The notes: generated by a model not told the origin, from the sequence alone. A DNA stretch of 64,000 bases from an uncultured bacterium (GCA_964613215.1 CAZTHK010000014.1:23216-87215); one strand, 5' to 3'; shown: positions 50,508-59,329, numbered from the stretch's first letter. Numbers and translations are program-made.

Positions 50508-50574
50508 ATCCCTTCTACGGAAGAAATAATGGAGGTATGGCTTATGCCTGCACCGAATCCGGAGGAATAAAACC

Positions 50575-50868
50575 ATGAAACTCAGCGATGAAGAATTGAA
50601 GAATATCGAAAAGCTGGCCAGTGTAAAGCTGGAGGGAGAAGCCCGGGAGAGGCTTAAAAGCCAGCTGTCCGGAATCATAGATTTTGTTAAAAAACTTGAG
50701 AAGATCGATACCTCCGGATATTCACCCAGGGCATATGTGGGAGACTTCCAACCGGTGCTGAGGGAGGATGAGGTTAAGGAATCCCTGGACCGTGGCGGGG
50801 TGCTGGAGCAGGCCCCGGACAGCGAGAAGGGCATGTTCAGGGTACCTCCGGTAATCGACAGGGAGTAA
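50575..50868 (+). CDS. gatC: Asp-tRNA(Asn)/Glu-tRNA(Gln) amidotransferase subunit C
   Basis: 97 aa, with ...IEKLASVKLEGEA...QLSGIIDFVKKL...D. It is followed by gatA and gatB. Confidence 0.93.
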   Translation: MKLSDEELKNIEKLASVKLEGEARERLKSQLSGIIDFVKKLEKIDTSGYSPRAYVGDFQPVLREDEVKESLDRGGVLEQAPDSEKGMFRVPPVIDRE

Positions 50869-50910
50869 CCCTCTGTATTTTCCAGCGAAAAACCGGCCGG
50901 AAAAATAATC

Positions 50911-52374
50911 ATGAATAATAAAAGCAATTATACTGTTTCAGCCTTATTGAAGAAGTACCGGAGTGGCGAGTTAAGTCCCCGGGAAATAATTGAAGACTGT
51001 TTCCGCCGGATTGATAGGCAGGATGAGGGTATTAACGCCTTTCTTCGCCTGTCCCGGAAGAAAGCCCTGGAGAGGGCGGTAAGGCTGGAGGATTTGGACC
51101 CGGGTCTTCCCCTTTACGGAATACCGGTGGCGGTTAAGGATAACATCTGTACCAGGGGGGAGGTTACCTCCTGCGGTTCCAGGATACTGGAAGGCTACAG
51201 TCCTCCCTACAGTGCCACTGTGGTGAAACGGCTGGAGGAGGCGGGAGCTGTGGTAGTGGGAAAGACCAATATGGATGAATTCGCCATGGGTTCATCCTGT
51301 GAAAACTCCGCCTTCGGCCCAACTGCCAATCCGCATGACACCACCCGTGCTCCGGGAGGTTCCAGCGGCGGTTCTGCGGCGGCGGTGGCGGCGGAAATGG
51401 TCCCGGTGGCTCTGGGTTCCGATACCGGCGGTTCGATAAGACAACCGGCCTCCTTCTGTGGTGTGGTTGGTTTCAAGGGCACCTATGGCAGGGTTTCCCG
51501 TTACGGACTGGTAGCTTTTGCCAGCAGCCTGGACCAGATAGGCCCCATAACCGGGAATGTGGCCGACTGTGCCGCAGTGATGGAGGTGATAGGGGGACAT
51601 GATCCCGGCGATGCCACCACCATACCGGAGGAGTGCCCGATCCTTGGGGAAGAACTGGACAGGGGATGGGAGGGGGTAAGTGTGGGTGTTCCCTCTTCAA
51701 TGGGTGAGTGGGATATAGATGAGACGGTCAGAGAGGTCACCGAAAACACAATCAGCCGTATGAAAGAGAGTGGGGTTGAGGTCAGAGAGATAAAACTGCC
51801 CGATCTGGAGGCTACCATAGGCTGCTACTACATTCTTGCCACAGCGGAGGCCTCCTCCAATCTGGCCCGTTACGACGGGGTGAGATACGGTCTGCGGGTG
51901 GAGGGAAGAACCCTGGAGGAGATGTACCGGCAGACCAGGGGAGAGGGATTCGGCGAAGAGGTAAAGAGAAGAATTCTTCTGGGAACCTATGTGCTTTCGG
52001 CAGGTTATTACGAGGCTTACTATGCCAGGGCTCAGAAGGTCAAGGCGCTGTTATGCGACAGTTACATGCAGCTTTTCCGGGAGGTGGACCTGGTTCTGCT
52101 GCCCACCTCGCCCACCCCGGCTTTCCGGCTGGGTGAAAAGCTGGATGACCCGGTGGCCATGTATCTCTCCGATATCTTTACCACCACCGCCAATATTGCC
52201 GGGTTGCCGGCCATATCGATACCGGGCGGTCATTCGCCGGATGGACTGCCGGTGGGGCTTCAGCTGCTGGCGGGATGGGGAGGGGAGAAGATGGTGATAA
52301 GGGGAGCGGCTGCACTGGAGAGAATGTTTCAAACCGGTGAATCTCCGGGTGATAATGGGGGTAAGTATGAATAA
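50911..52374 (+). CDS. gatA: Asp-tRNA(Asn)/Glu-tRNA(Gln) amidotransferase subunit A
   Basis: It has the amidase signature GGSSGGSAAAVAA...GSDTGGSIRQPASFCG. Confidence 0.97.
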   Translation: MNNKSNYTVSALLKKYRSGELSPREIIEDCFRRIDRQDEGINAFLRLSRKKALERAVRLEDLDPGLPLYGIPVAVKDNICTRGEVTSCGSRILEGYSPPYSATVVKRLEEAGAVVVGKTNMDEFAMGSSCENSAFGPTANPHDTTRAPGGSSGGSAAAVAAEMVPVALGSDTGGSIRQPASFCGVVGFKGTYGRVSRYGLVAFASSLDQIGPITGNVADCAAVMEVIGGHDPGDATTIPEECPILGEELDRGWEGVSVGVPSSMGEWDIDETVREVTENTISRMKESGVEVREIKLPDLEATIGCYYILATAEASSNLARYDGVRYGLRVEGRTLEEMYRQTRGEGFGEEVKRRILLGTYVLSAGYYEAYYARAQKVKALLCDSYMQLFREVDLVLLPTSPTPAFRLGEKLDDPVAMYLSDIFTTTANIAGLPAISIPGGHSPDGLPVGLQLLAGWGGEKMVIRGAAALERMFQTGESPGDNGGKYE

Positions 52375-53803
52375 TATGGAATGGGAACCTGTAATCGGGC
52401 TGGAGGTACACGCCCAGCTTCTTACCCGGAGCAAGATATTCTGCAGCTGCTCTGCCACCTACGGGGCTGAACCCAATACCCAGACCTGTCCGGTCTGCCT
52501 CGGTTTGCCCGGAGCGTTGCCGGTACTGAACCGGGGCGCTGTAACCATGGCGATGAAGATGGCCCTGGCCCTTCACTGCAGCATAGCCGGTGAAAGTGTT
52601 TTTGCCAGAAAGAACTATTTCTATCCGGACTGCCCCAAGAATTACCAGATATCCATGTTCGATAAGCCGCTCTGCGGAGAGGGATATCTGGAGATAGAGA
52701 ATGAGCAAAGCAACAGAAGAATCGGCATTGAGCGTATCCATCTGGAGGACGACGCCGGCAAGCTGCTCCATCAGCAGGGTGGGTCCAGCCTGGTGGATTT
52801 CAACCGGTGCGGGGTGCCCCTGATAGAGATTGTCAGTCATCCTGATATGAGATCGCCTGAGGAAGCCGGCAAATACCTCCGGAGGCTCCGGCAGATTCTG
52901 AGGTATCTGGAGATATGCGATGGTAATATGGAGGAGGGAAGCCTCCGTTGTGATGTGAATGTTTCCCTGAGGAAGAAGGGGGATGAGGAGATGGGAACAA
53001 AAACGGAGATTAAGAATCTCAATTCATTCAAGGCGGTGGAGACCGGCATCCGCTTCGAGATTGAGCGTCAGAGAAAGGTGCTGGAGGAGGGAGGCCAGAT
53101 CGAGCAGGTTACCAATCTCTGGGATTCAGACAGAAAGCGCCTGGTTATGATGAGGTCGAAGGAATATGCTCACGATTACCGCTATTTCCCCGAGCCCGAC
53201 CTGCTTCCCCTGCGGGTGGACCGGAAATGGATAGAGAAGGTCAAAGAGGATATGCCCGAACTTCCCCTGGATAGAAAGAAGAGGTTTATCAGCCAGTACG
53301 AACTTTCCCCCTATGACGCCGGTGTTCTGACCGCCGAGGGTGGCATAGCAGACTATTTCGAGAAGGTGGTGGAACATGCGGGAGATCCCGGGATCTGTTC
53401 CAACTGGGTGATGAGGGAAGTGATGGCGGAGCTCAAGGCGGCTAAAAGCAGTATAGAGGATTTTCCCGTTCGGCCGGTCAGGCTGGCCGGTCTGATTAGG
53501 CTGATCCGTGAGGACGTAATCAGCAGCACAGCGGGTGGTGATGTGTTCAGGGAGATGGTAAAATCCGGTGAAGCAGCGGAGAAGGTAGTGGAAAAACTGG
53601 GGTTGAAGCAGATAAGCTCTGAGGATGAACTCGAATCCATGGTGGATAAGGTCTTGGATGATCATTCCGAAGAGGTCAGCCGCTACCGGGAGGGGGAGAA
53701 GAAGCTGCTGGGATTTTTCATAGGGCAGGTTATGAGGGAGAGCAGGGGGAAGGCAAATCCTAAACTTACCAATCAGATGATCAGAAACAAACTGGAGGAC
53801 TGA
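52367..53803 (+). CDS. gatB: Asp-tRNA(Asn)/Glu-tRNA(Gln) amidotransferase subunit B
   Basis: WEPVIGLEVHAQL..., SKIFC, NYFYPD.PKNYQIS, and a C-terminal YqeY-like tail. The ATG at 52367 overlaps the gatA stop by 8 nt; the ORF is open from 52337. Confidence 0.96.
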   Translation: MNNMEWEPVIGLEVHAQLLTRSKIFCSCSATYGAEPNTQTCPVCLGLPGALPVLNRGAVTMAMKMALALHCSIAGESVFARKNYFYPDCPKNYQISMFDKPLCGEGYLEIENEQSNRRIGIERIHLEDDAGKLLHQQGGSSLVDFNRCGVPLIEIVSHPDMRSPEEAGKYLRRLRQILRYLEICDGNMEEGSLRCDVNVSLRKKGDEEMGTKTEIKNLNSFKAVETGIRFEIERQRKVLEEGGQIEQVTNLWDSDRKRLVMMRSKEYAHDYRYFPEPDLLPLRVDRKWIEKVKEDMPELPLDRKKRFISQYELSPYDAGVLTAEGGIADYFEKVVEHAGDPGICSNWVMREVMAELKAAKSSIEDFPVRPVRLAGLIRLIREDVISSTAGGDVFREMVKSGEAAEKVVEKLGLKQISSEDELESMVDKVLDDHSEEVSRYREGEKKLLGFFIGQVMRESRGKANPKLTNQMIRNKLED

Positions 53804-53807
53804 TATT

Positions 53808-54323
53808 TCAGTATCTCCTGATTCCCGCCATTATTCTCCATCCCCCCATAAGTGATATAATCAGCGGTATTGAAGCGTAGGCTATCCAGAGGATAGCAGT
53901 ATCGGCGGATTCGATACGGGATAACCACCAGGCGATGGTGTTTACCAGGCTGACGGATGCTCTCATTATATCAAGGTGGAGTTTTGAGATACCGTACCAC
54001 AGGTAATCCCGGAAAAGGTACAGGGGGATGCAGCCTGTCAGTATAAGCATTGAGATCGCAACAGGGAGCAGGGGCAGGCGCTGGAGCAGGGGTTCTCCAG
54101 CCCCCCCGGTCAGCCGGGCGGATACGGCCTCTGCCATGGCTGATCCCGGGGGAACCTGTTTGTTTCTCGAGCTCAGTGATTCTTCCAGGCCTGTATAAAT
54201 ACTGTAGAGTTCACTGCAGCGGCTGCAACCGGAGATGTGCTTCAGTGCTTCTTCCCTTTCCCTTCCGCTAAGTTCCCCTGCCGCCAGCCTGATAATGCTT
54301 TCTTCCGGGAAATTACACTTCAT
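53808..54323 (-). CDS. membrane-anchored anti-sigma factor with a ZAS motif (H-x3-C-x2-C)
   Basis: The N-terminus is MKCNFPEE...ALKHISGCSRCSELY, where the ZAS motif reads H-ISG-C-SR-C. Two or three TM segments follow. It lies immediately downstream of an ECF sigma gene. Confidence 0.75.
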   Translation of the reverse strand: MKCNFPEESIIRLAAGELSGREREEALKHISGCSRCSELYSIYTGLEESLSSRNKQVPPGSAMAEAVSARLTGGAGEPLLQRLPLLPVAISMLILTGCIPLYLFRDYLWYGISKLHLDIMRASVSLVNTIAWWLSRIESADTAILWIAYASIPLIISLMGGWRIMAGIRRY

Positions 54324-54421
54324 ATGATTCCTAGCCTTTATCGATGTGGCCCTTTTTACTGACTATCATAAATTTTATTCTCGCCTGTATTAATGTTAAT
54401 CCTGTAATTAAACATATTCAA

Positions 54422-55000
54422 TCAAATCCCCTCACCGCCGGAGAAATCTTTTAGAGCCACCATCCGTGCCAGCTCCTTCTTCGCCCTGAAGAGGTAAGTT
54501 TTAACCGTTCCCACCGGGATATCCATGATCTCTGCTATCTCCAGATAGGATTTTTCCCCCATGTACCTGAGTTCGATAACCAGCCTGTGATTGCGGGAGA
54601 GGCCTGAGATAAGTTCATCCAGGTGGCTCCTGAGTTCCCCCATCTCACATAGGCGGGAGGGTGAAGCCTCCCTTGATTCAAGCTGTATCTCATCTACATT
54701 ACTATCAGTTATACGATTCATATCATGTACTGAATCAAGTGCTCTGTTTCTTGCAATCCTGTAGATCCAGGTGGAAAACTTCGAATCACCCCTGAATGTA
54801 TCCAGCCTGGTATACACCCTTATGAATACCTCCTGGACCACATCGTCGACCATCGAATGATTTCCCATTACCGCCCTTGCCACAGAGTAAACCAGGGGGG
54901 CGTATTCTTCCACCAGTTTACTGAAAGCACTTTCACTTCCCCTCCTTGCTTTCTCTATAAGGTTGCTGTCTTTCATTCTGATCGGATCCGGATCTTCCAT
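54422..55000 (-). CDS. ECF-type RNA polymerase sigma factor
   Basis: It has region 2 (FSKLVEEYAPLVYSVARAVMGNHSMVDDVVQEVFIRVY...FSTWIYRIARNRALD) and region 4 (SYLEIAEIMDIPVGTVKTYLFRAKKEL). The ATG at 55000 (MEDPDPIRMKD...) lies within an ORF open to 55240, whose first 80 aa look non-coding. Confidence 0.88.
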   Translation of the reverse strand: MEDPDPIRMKDSNLIEKARRGSESAFSKLVEEYAPLVYSVARAVMGNHSMVDDVVQEVFIRVYTRLDTFRGDSKFSTWIYRIARNRALDSVHDMNRITDSNVDEIQLESREASPSRLCEMGELRSHLDELISGLSRNHRLVIELRYMGEKSYLEIAEIMDIPVGTVKTYLFRAKKELARMVALKDFSGGEGI

Positions 55001-55169
55001 GATTATAAGACTGTTCAAGTGGAAATTTTGTTTCAGGTAATTATCCCACCGCCGGAAAAATAAAAAAACCAGAAAAAATGAAACATCCGGTGCAGAAAGG
55101 CAGTCACAGAACTGAAGACAGATTGGAATAGACGAGGCAGCCGTCAGATTTATGAAAGGAGTACCGGTC

Positions 55170-55571
55170 ATGTTAGATATTGAGCCTGGTGTTATAGCAA
55201 TTCTGATACCCATACTGGTGGTGATAGGGGTATTTGCCACTGTAATCGTGGGAATCTACAGCGAGAACAGCAGAAAGGAACTGGCCCACAAGGAGAGGCT
55301 GATTGCCATGGAGAAGGGTCTGCCCATACCCCGGGAGAAGGAGGAGAGGGTAAGGCCGCGCTATCTTTCCCTCCGGGCCTGGGGCCTGGTGATGACCTTT
55401 CTGGGTGTGGCGGTGGTCATAGGGATAGCAGCCGAAGCGGGTTTGAAGCATGGTCTGTGGGGACTCTGCCCCCTTGCCATAGGTGCAGCGCTGCTGGTGT
55501 CGGCCATCGGTGAGAAGAAGGACCTTCAAAGAAGGAAGCATAAGGAGATGGAGCGATCGCAGGATACATAA
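55170..55571 (+). CDS. small membrane protein, divergent from the ECF sigma gene (possibly DUF6249-like)
   Basis: It has three hydrophobic segments separated by a charged helix (RKELAHKERLIAMEKGLPIP). The ATG at 55170 is preceded by AAAGGAG; the ORF is open from the ATG at 55152. Confidence 0.6.
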   Translation: MLDIEPGVIAILIPILVVIGVFATVIVGIYSENSRKELAHKERLIAMEKGLPIPREKEERVRPRYLSLRAWGLVMTFLGVAVVIGIAAEAGLKHGLWGLCPLAIGAALLVSAIGEKKDLQRRKHKEMERSQDT

Positions 55572-55875
55572 CTTCTTGTTCAGCCGGGCCGGTACTGCTC
55601 GCCGTCTATCCAGAAAAGGGTAGATGGTCAGGATTTTGATCATGCTGAATGTACCAGGATCTTATCTCGAATAGAGGCAACCTGATTTGAAGGTACACCG
55701 GTCAGGCCCCTGACCGGCCTGGAGGCGCATTATCAGCAGTCAGTCCGGTTTGATGGGAAGAGATCCGGGTTTGCATCAGGCAAGTCAATTGATAATGTCG
55801 AATAAATGGATAAAAAGCCTGGGATATTTTTCGTATTGCATCCCTCCCCCGGTATGATTCTGGTATAAAAAGGCT

Positions 55876-56244
55876 TTATTCGTGTGTTCCCTCCATGCGG
55901 CCGGTGACGCCGGGATTGCTGATGGTCAGCGACTGTTCTGTTCCCGCCTCCGCCGGATCCGGAACACTGGCCAGTGTTGTGCAGGCCGCCCAATTATCCC
56001 CGGTGATCGCCGCCGGTGAGTGGCGCATATCGTACCGCGCTGCTGTGCCCGAATCCCCGTCGTCGCCTGGTGCCGTCCAGGTGACCGTCATGGTGGTGTC
56101 AGTGCTGGAGGCGATATAGAGATCACTGATGGCAGACGGAGGTGTGGTGTCACCTCCGGACCCACCGGGAGAGGCGGGGTCGTCGTCGCGGCAGGCGGAG
56201 AGGGTCAGTAGCACCAGGATCACAGTGACAGTGCGGAGTTTCAT
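55876..56244 (-). CDS. lipoprotein with a single, apparently C-terminally truncated fibronectin type III-like domain
   Basis: The ATG at 56244 follows GGAGGA. It has the lipobox LTLSAC, then DTTPPSAISDLYIASSTDTTMTVTWTAPGDDGDSGTAARYDMRHS..., and ends shortly after LTISNPGVTG. All five Arg codons are CGN, unlike native genes. Confidence 0.6.
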   Translation of the reverse strand: MKLRTVTVILVLLTLSACRDDDPASPGGSGGDTTPPSAISDLYIASSTDTTMTVTWTAPGDDGDSGTAARYDMRHSPAAITGDNWAACTTLASVPDPAEAGTEQSLTISNPGVTGRMEGTHE

Positions 56245-56434
56245 GGATTTTCCTCCCGGAAAGAATGGATGTGGCATGGGATACATTAACGCTCTTATTC
56301 CCTCGCAGTCAATATCTTACTACCTTTGCACCTTCCGATCAGGCGGATAATTAACCGCTGCCGTTTTTTCAAAATATGTATCAATTTTATGGAAAGTAAT
56401 ATAATCTGAAGATACCAGAAAGGGAGGTATTGTC

Positions 56435-57889
56435 ATGGCAGACAAAGATCGAAAACCCACAACCAATGATGCGGGTATTCCGGTAGCCAGCGACGAGTAT
56501 TCGCTAACCGTCGGGCCGGATGGTCCCGTCCTGCTCCACGATCATTACCTGGTCGAGCAGATGGCCAATTTCAACCGTGAGATGATTCCGGACCGCCAGC
56601 CCCATGCAAAGGGGTCGGGGGCTTTCGGTTATTTCGAGGTGACCAAAGATGTAAGCGCCTATACCAGGGCGGCTCTGTTTCAACCGGGCACCAGAACCGA
56701 CGTTCTGGCCCGGTTTTCCACAGTAGCCGGCGAAAGCGGCAGCCCCGACACCTGGAGGGACGTGCGCGGCTTTGCACTCAAGTTCTATACCACCGAAGGC
56801 AACTACGACATGGTGGGGAACAACACACCGGTTTTCTTCATACGTGATCCCATGAAGTTCCAGGACTTCATCCATTCTCAGAAGCGCCGTGCGGATAGCG
56901 GCCTTAGGGATAACGACATGCAGTGGGACTTCTGGACCCTGTCTCCGGAATCCGCTCATCAGGTCACCATACTGATGAGTGACCGGGGCATCCCCGGGAG
57001 CTACCGGCACATGAACGGCTACACCAGCCACACCTATATGTGGGTCAACGCCGAAGGGGAACGCTTCTGGGTAAAATACCACTTCAAGACTGACCAGGGT
57101 ATCGAATTCCTTGCTCAGGAGGAGGGTGACCGTATCGCCGGTGAAGACGCCGATTATCACCGCCGTGACCTTTTTGATGCAATCAAGCGTAAAGACTACC
57201 CCAGCTGGACACTGAAAGTTCAGATCATGCCCTTCGAAGAGGCAAAGGACTACCGGTTCAATCCCTTCGATCTGACCAAGGTCTGGCCTCACGGCGACTA
57301 TCCGGTGCAGGAAGTTGGCAGGTTGACACTGAACCGCAATCCCTCCGACTTCCATACCGAGATCGAACAGGCGGCTTTCGAGCCGAACAACCTGGTACCG
57401 GGTATAGGCCCCAGCCCGGACAAGATGCTGCTTGCCCGGCTGGTTTCCTACGCTGACGCCCACCGGGCGCGCCTGGGGGTGAACTACAAGCAGATCCCGG
57501 TGAACCGGCCGAAAAGCCCTGTACACAGCTACAGCAAAGGCGGTACCATGCGGATGGATAACGTTTCCGATCCCGTTTACAAGCCCAACTCCAAGGGTGG
57601 CCCCGAGGCCGACCCGGAGCGCTACCCCGAGCAGGCTGTCTGGAGTGCCAGCGGTGAGTTCATCCGCTCAGCCTACACCAGACGCAAGGATGATGATGAC
57701 TTTGTCCAGCCGCGAGCCCTGATACGGGAGGTGATGGATGATGCACAGCGTGACCGGCTGGTATCTAACGTGACCGGGCATCTTAAGAACGGAGTAACCG
57801 GGCCGGTCCTTGAGCGTGCTTTCCAGTACTGGCGCAATATCGACAGGGGGATTGGCGACCGTATTGCCGGGGGAGTAAAGGAAGACTGA
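56435..57889 (+). CDS. katA: monofunctional heme catalase (small-subunit type)
   Basis: 484 aa. The distal His region is [23 protein letters not shown], the proximal Tyr region is [14 protein letters not shown], and [12 protein letters not shown] is present. Confidence 0.95.
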   Translation: MADKDRKPTTNDAGIPVASDEYSLTVGPDGPVLLHDHYLVEQMANFNREMIPDRQPHAKGSGAFGYFEVTKDVSAYTRAALFQPGTRTDVLARFSTVAGESGSPDTWRDVRGFALKFYTTEGNYDMVGNNTPVFFIRDPMKFQDFIHSQKRRADSGLRDNDMQWDFWTLSPESAHQVTILMSDRGIPGSYRHMNGYTSHTYMWVNAEGERFWVKYHFKTDQGIEFLAQEEGDRIAGEDADYHRRDLFDAIKRKDYPSWTLKVQIMPFEEAKDYRFNPFDLTKVWPHGDYPVQEVGRLTLNRNPSDFHTEIEQAAFEPNNLVPGIGPSPDKMLLARLVSYADAHRARLGVNYKQIPVNRPKSPVHSYSKGGTMRMDNVSDPVYKPNSKGGPEADPERYPEQAVWSASGEFIRSAYTRRKDDDDFVQPRALIREVMDDAQRDRLVSNVTGHLKNGVTGPVLERAFQYWRNIDRGIGDRIAGGVKED

Positions 57890-58091
57890 TCCCGGTGTGC
57901 CTTGATGGAGATCAACAGATAGCTTCAATATGACTAAAACTGTTTACGAAGGGATGTAATTGGCCCGCTGCTGAGAAGGGTTTTGTTATCCTGAAAAATG
58001 TGACCGGTAGATGGTAAGCTGAATATAAGTATGGGAAGGGGTGGGACTGAATTAAAACAGGGGAAAACTTTTTTCTGGAAAGGAGCTGGAG

Positions 58092-58229
58092 ATGGGCAAG
58101 GCTGGCGAAAAACCCGGAAAAGGTACTTACAGATGCAATAAATGCGGTGAAACGGTGGTATTGAACGACGATGATAGGTTGCCTCAATGCCCCACCTGTG
58201 ATTGCACAGAGTATGTTCGTTTCAAGTAA
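58092..58229 (+). CDS. 45-aa zinc-ribbon protein (CxxC...CxxC), below the ORF-track size cutoff
   Basis: My own translation is MGKAGEKPGKGTYRCNKCGETVVLNDDDRLPQCPTCDCTEYVRFK. AAAGGAGCTGGAG lies directly upstream of the ATG. A GTGAGAG/CTCTCAC hairpin (58231-58249) follows the stop. Confidence 0.55.
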   Translation: MGKAGEKPGKGTYRCNKCGETVVLNDDDRLPQCPTCDCTEYVRFK

Positions 58230-58570
58230 GGTGAGAGAGTAACTCTCACTCGCAAACTTTTGTGTCTCTCGTTTCAGTGAAAGGGCCACGGGCCTGGCGG
58301 CACTTTGTGGATACTTTTCTCTGTTTTCTCTCTGCGCAGTGACATGGCAAGTGGAAGAAGTTCTTATTATTGAAGTGGTTAAAGCGGCAGCACATCAAAG
58401 CAATATGGGCATGAGCGTGGAAATCGCAGCTCCCGCCTCGGGCTCGCTCTTTCTGCCCCTTTCGGGGCCGAAAACCATGCCCGCTCACCCTGCGGAGGGT
58501 TTTGAAACACCAGGCACCGGAACAATGGGGATCGAATAAAACCGGGGAAAATCCAAGCCCTTGTTAATGG

Positions 58571-58599
58571 TGGAATAAAATATCTATATATGTTATAAT
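58571..58599 (+). promoter_or_regulatory. putative extended -10 promoter for the secreted-protein gene at 58642
   Basis: It has TGTTATAAT (TG at 58591-58592, TATAAT at 58594-58599) with a weak -35 TGGAAT at 58571-58576. Confidence 0.4.
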
Positions 58600-58641
58600 G
58601 ATTCTGTTATCGCGGGTATATAAAATACAGGAGGGGAAATT

Positions 58642-59298
58642 ATGAGTGTATTCAGAATCCTTACTCTATTTGTCATGGTGATGATACTGATGCCGGTTGC
58701 TCCGGTATCAGCTGAACTAAGCAGTATTCATCTCGATTCCGACACGGAGCTGATGGAGTATCTCTCCGATACTTTATTTGTTTCAGAGGGAAGGATAGGT
58801 GATCTGGGAGGGAATGCCACTTTCGAGCTGGACCTGGGCCAGAGTACCGGTTCGCCGGCTGAAACTGCACAGTACAACTGGCAGAACGGAGTGGCGGAAC
58901 CCTTTACCATCAACTATGACAGCAGCACAGATGTGGTTACCTTTACCCTGGGTGGAGAGACACTTCAGTATACCACCTCCTATTCCTGCTTCGACGCAGT
59001 ATTTGTACGTGGCCGTGCTGTGGATGCCGGAAGCATCATCAACGTCACCGATCTGGTAATAGATGGTGAAAATGTGAACGACAGCGTTGAGGCCGCCGGT
59101 TCCGGAGGGCTGGACATCCTGCTGATATACGGAGTCGACCTGATGGATGGATTCACCATCAGTGGTACTGCCACACTGTCCTGGATGGGTGATCCACCTA
59201 CCAACTCCAGGCTGGCTTTTCAGGTAAAAATCGCCAGATCTGCTGTTATCGGCACTGAAAGCAGCAGCTGGGGAGAGGTAAAGGCGCTTTATCGCTAA
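58642..59298 (+). CDS. secreted protein of unknown function with the C-terminal ESSSWGEVKALYR tail
   Basis: It has a signal peptide MSVFRILTLFVMVMILMPVAPVSA and a beta-rich body. The C-terminal 15 aa are GTESSSWGEVKALYR (59251-59295). GGAGGGG lies 6 nt upstream of the ATG. Confidence 0.75.
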   Translation: MSVFRILTLFVMVMILMPVAPVSAELSSIHLDSDTELMEYLSDTLFVSEGRIGDLGGNATFELDLGQSTGSPAETAQYNWQNGVAEPFTINYDSSTDVVTFTLGGETLQYTTSYSCFDAVFVRGRAVDAGSIINVTDLVIDGENVNDSVEAAGSGGLDILLIYGVDLMDGFTISGTATLSWMGDPPTNSRLAFQVKIARSAVIGTESSSWGEVKALYR

Positions 59299-59329
59299 AT
59301 TTTTTCTCTGCCGTCCCTGTACGGTAATC

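Noticed and set aside
50265-50927. A 220-aa minus-strand ORF spanning the uvrD-gatC gap and all of gatC.
   Set aside because: It runs antisense through gatC and the gatA start. It has a Ser/Leu/Pro-rich, low-complexity composition and no RBS. I treat it as spurious, although the non-coding part of the region is flagged separately.
54361-54421. An ATTAACATT-like 9-mer (reverse strand) between the sigma and anti-sigma genes, resembling the 2961/3011 operator element.
   Set aside because: Only 9 nt match and the AATGT partner at the right spacing is missing. A 9-mer match is expected by chance in A/T-rich intergenic DNA.
55001-55240. An N-terminal 80-aa extension of the ECF sigma ORF (MANTPITTSMGIRI...).
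   Set aside because: The region-2 homology begins only after the internal ATG at 55000. The extension overlaps the divergent membrane-protein gene start and has no sigma-like sequence.
55698-55717. The hairpin CCGGTCAG-GCCC-CTGACCGG between the membrane-protein gene and the FN3 fragment, considered as a bidirectional terminator.
   Set aside because: It has no U-tract or A-tract on either side, so I did not list it as a terminator feature. It could still be a Rho-dependent or structural element.
56504-57526. A 340-aa minus-strand ORF.
   Set aside because: It is an antisense shadow of the G/C-rich catalase gene.
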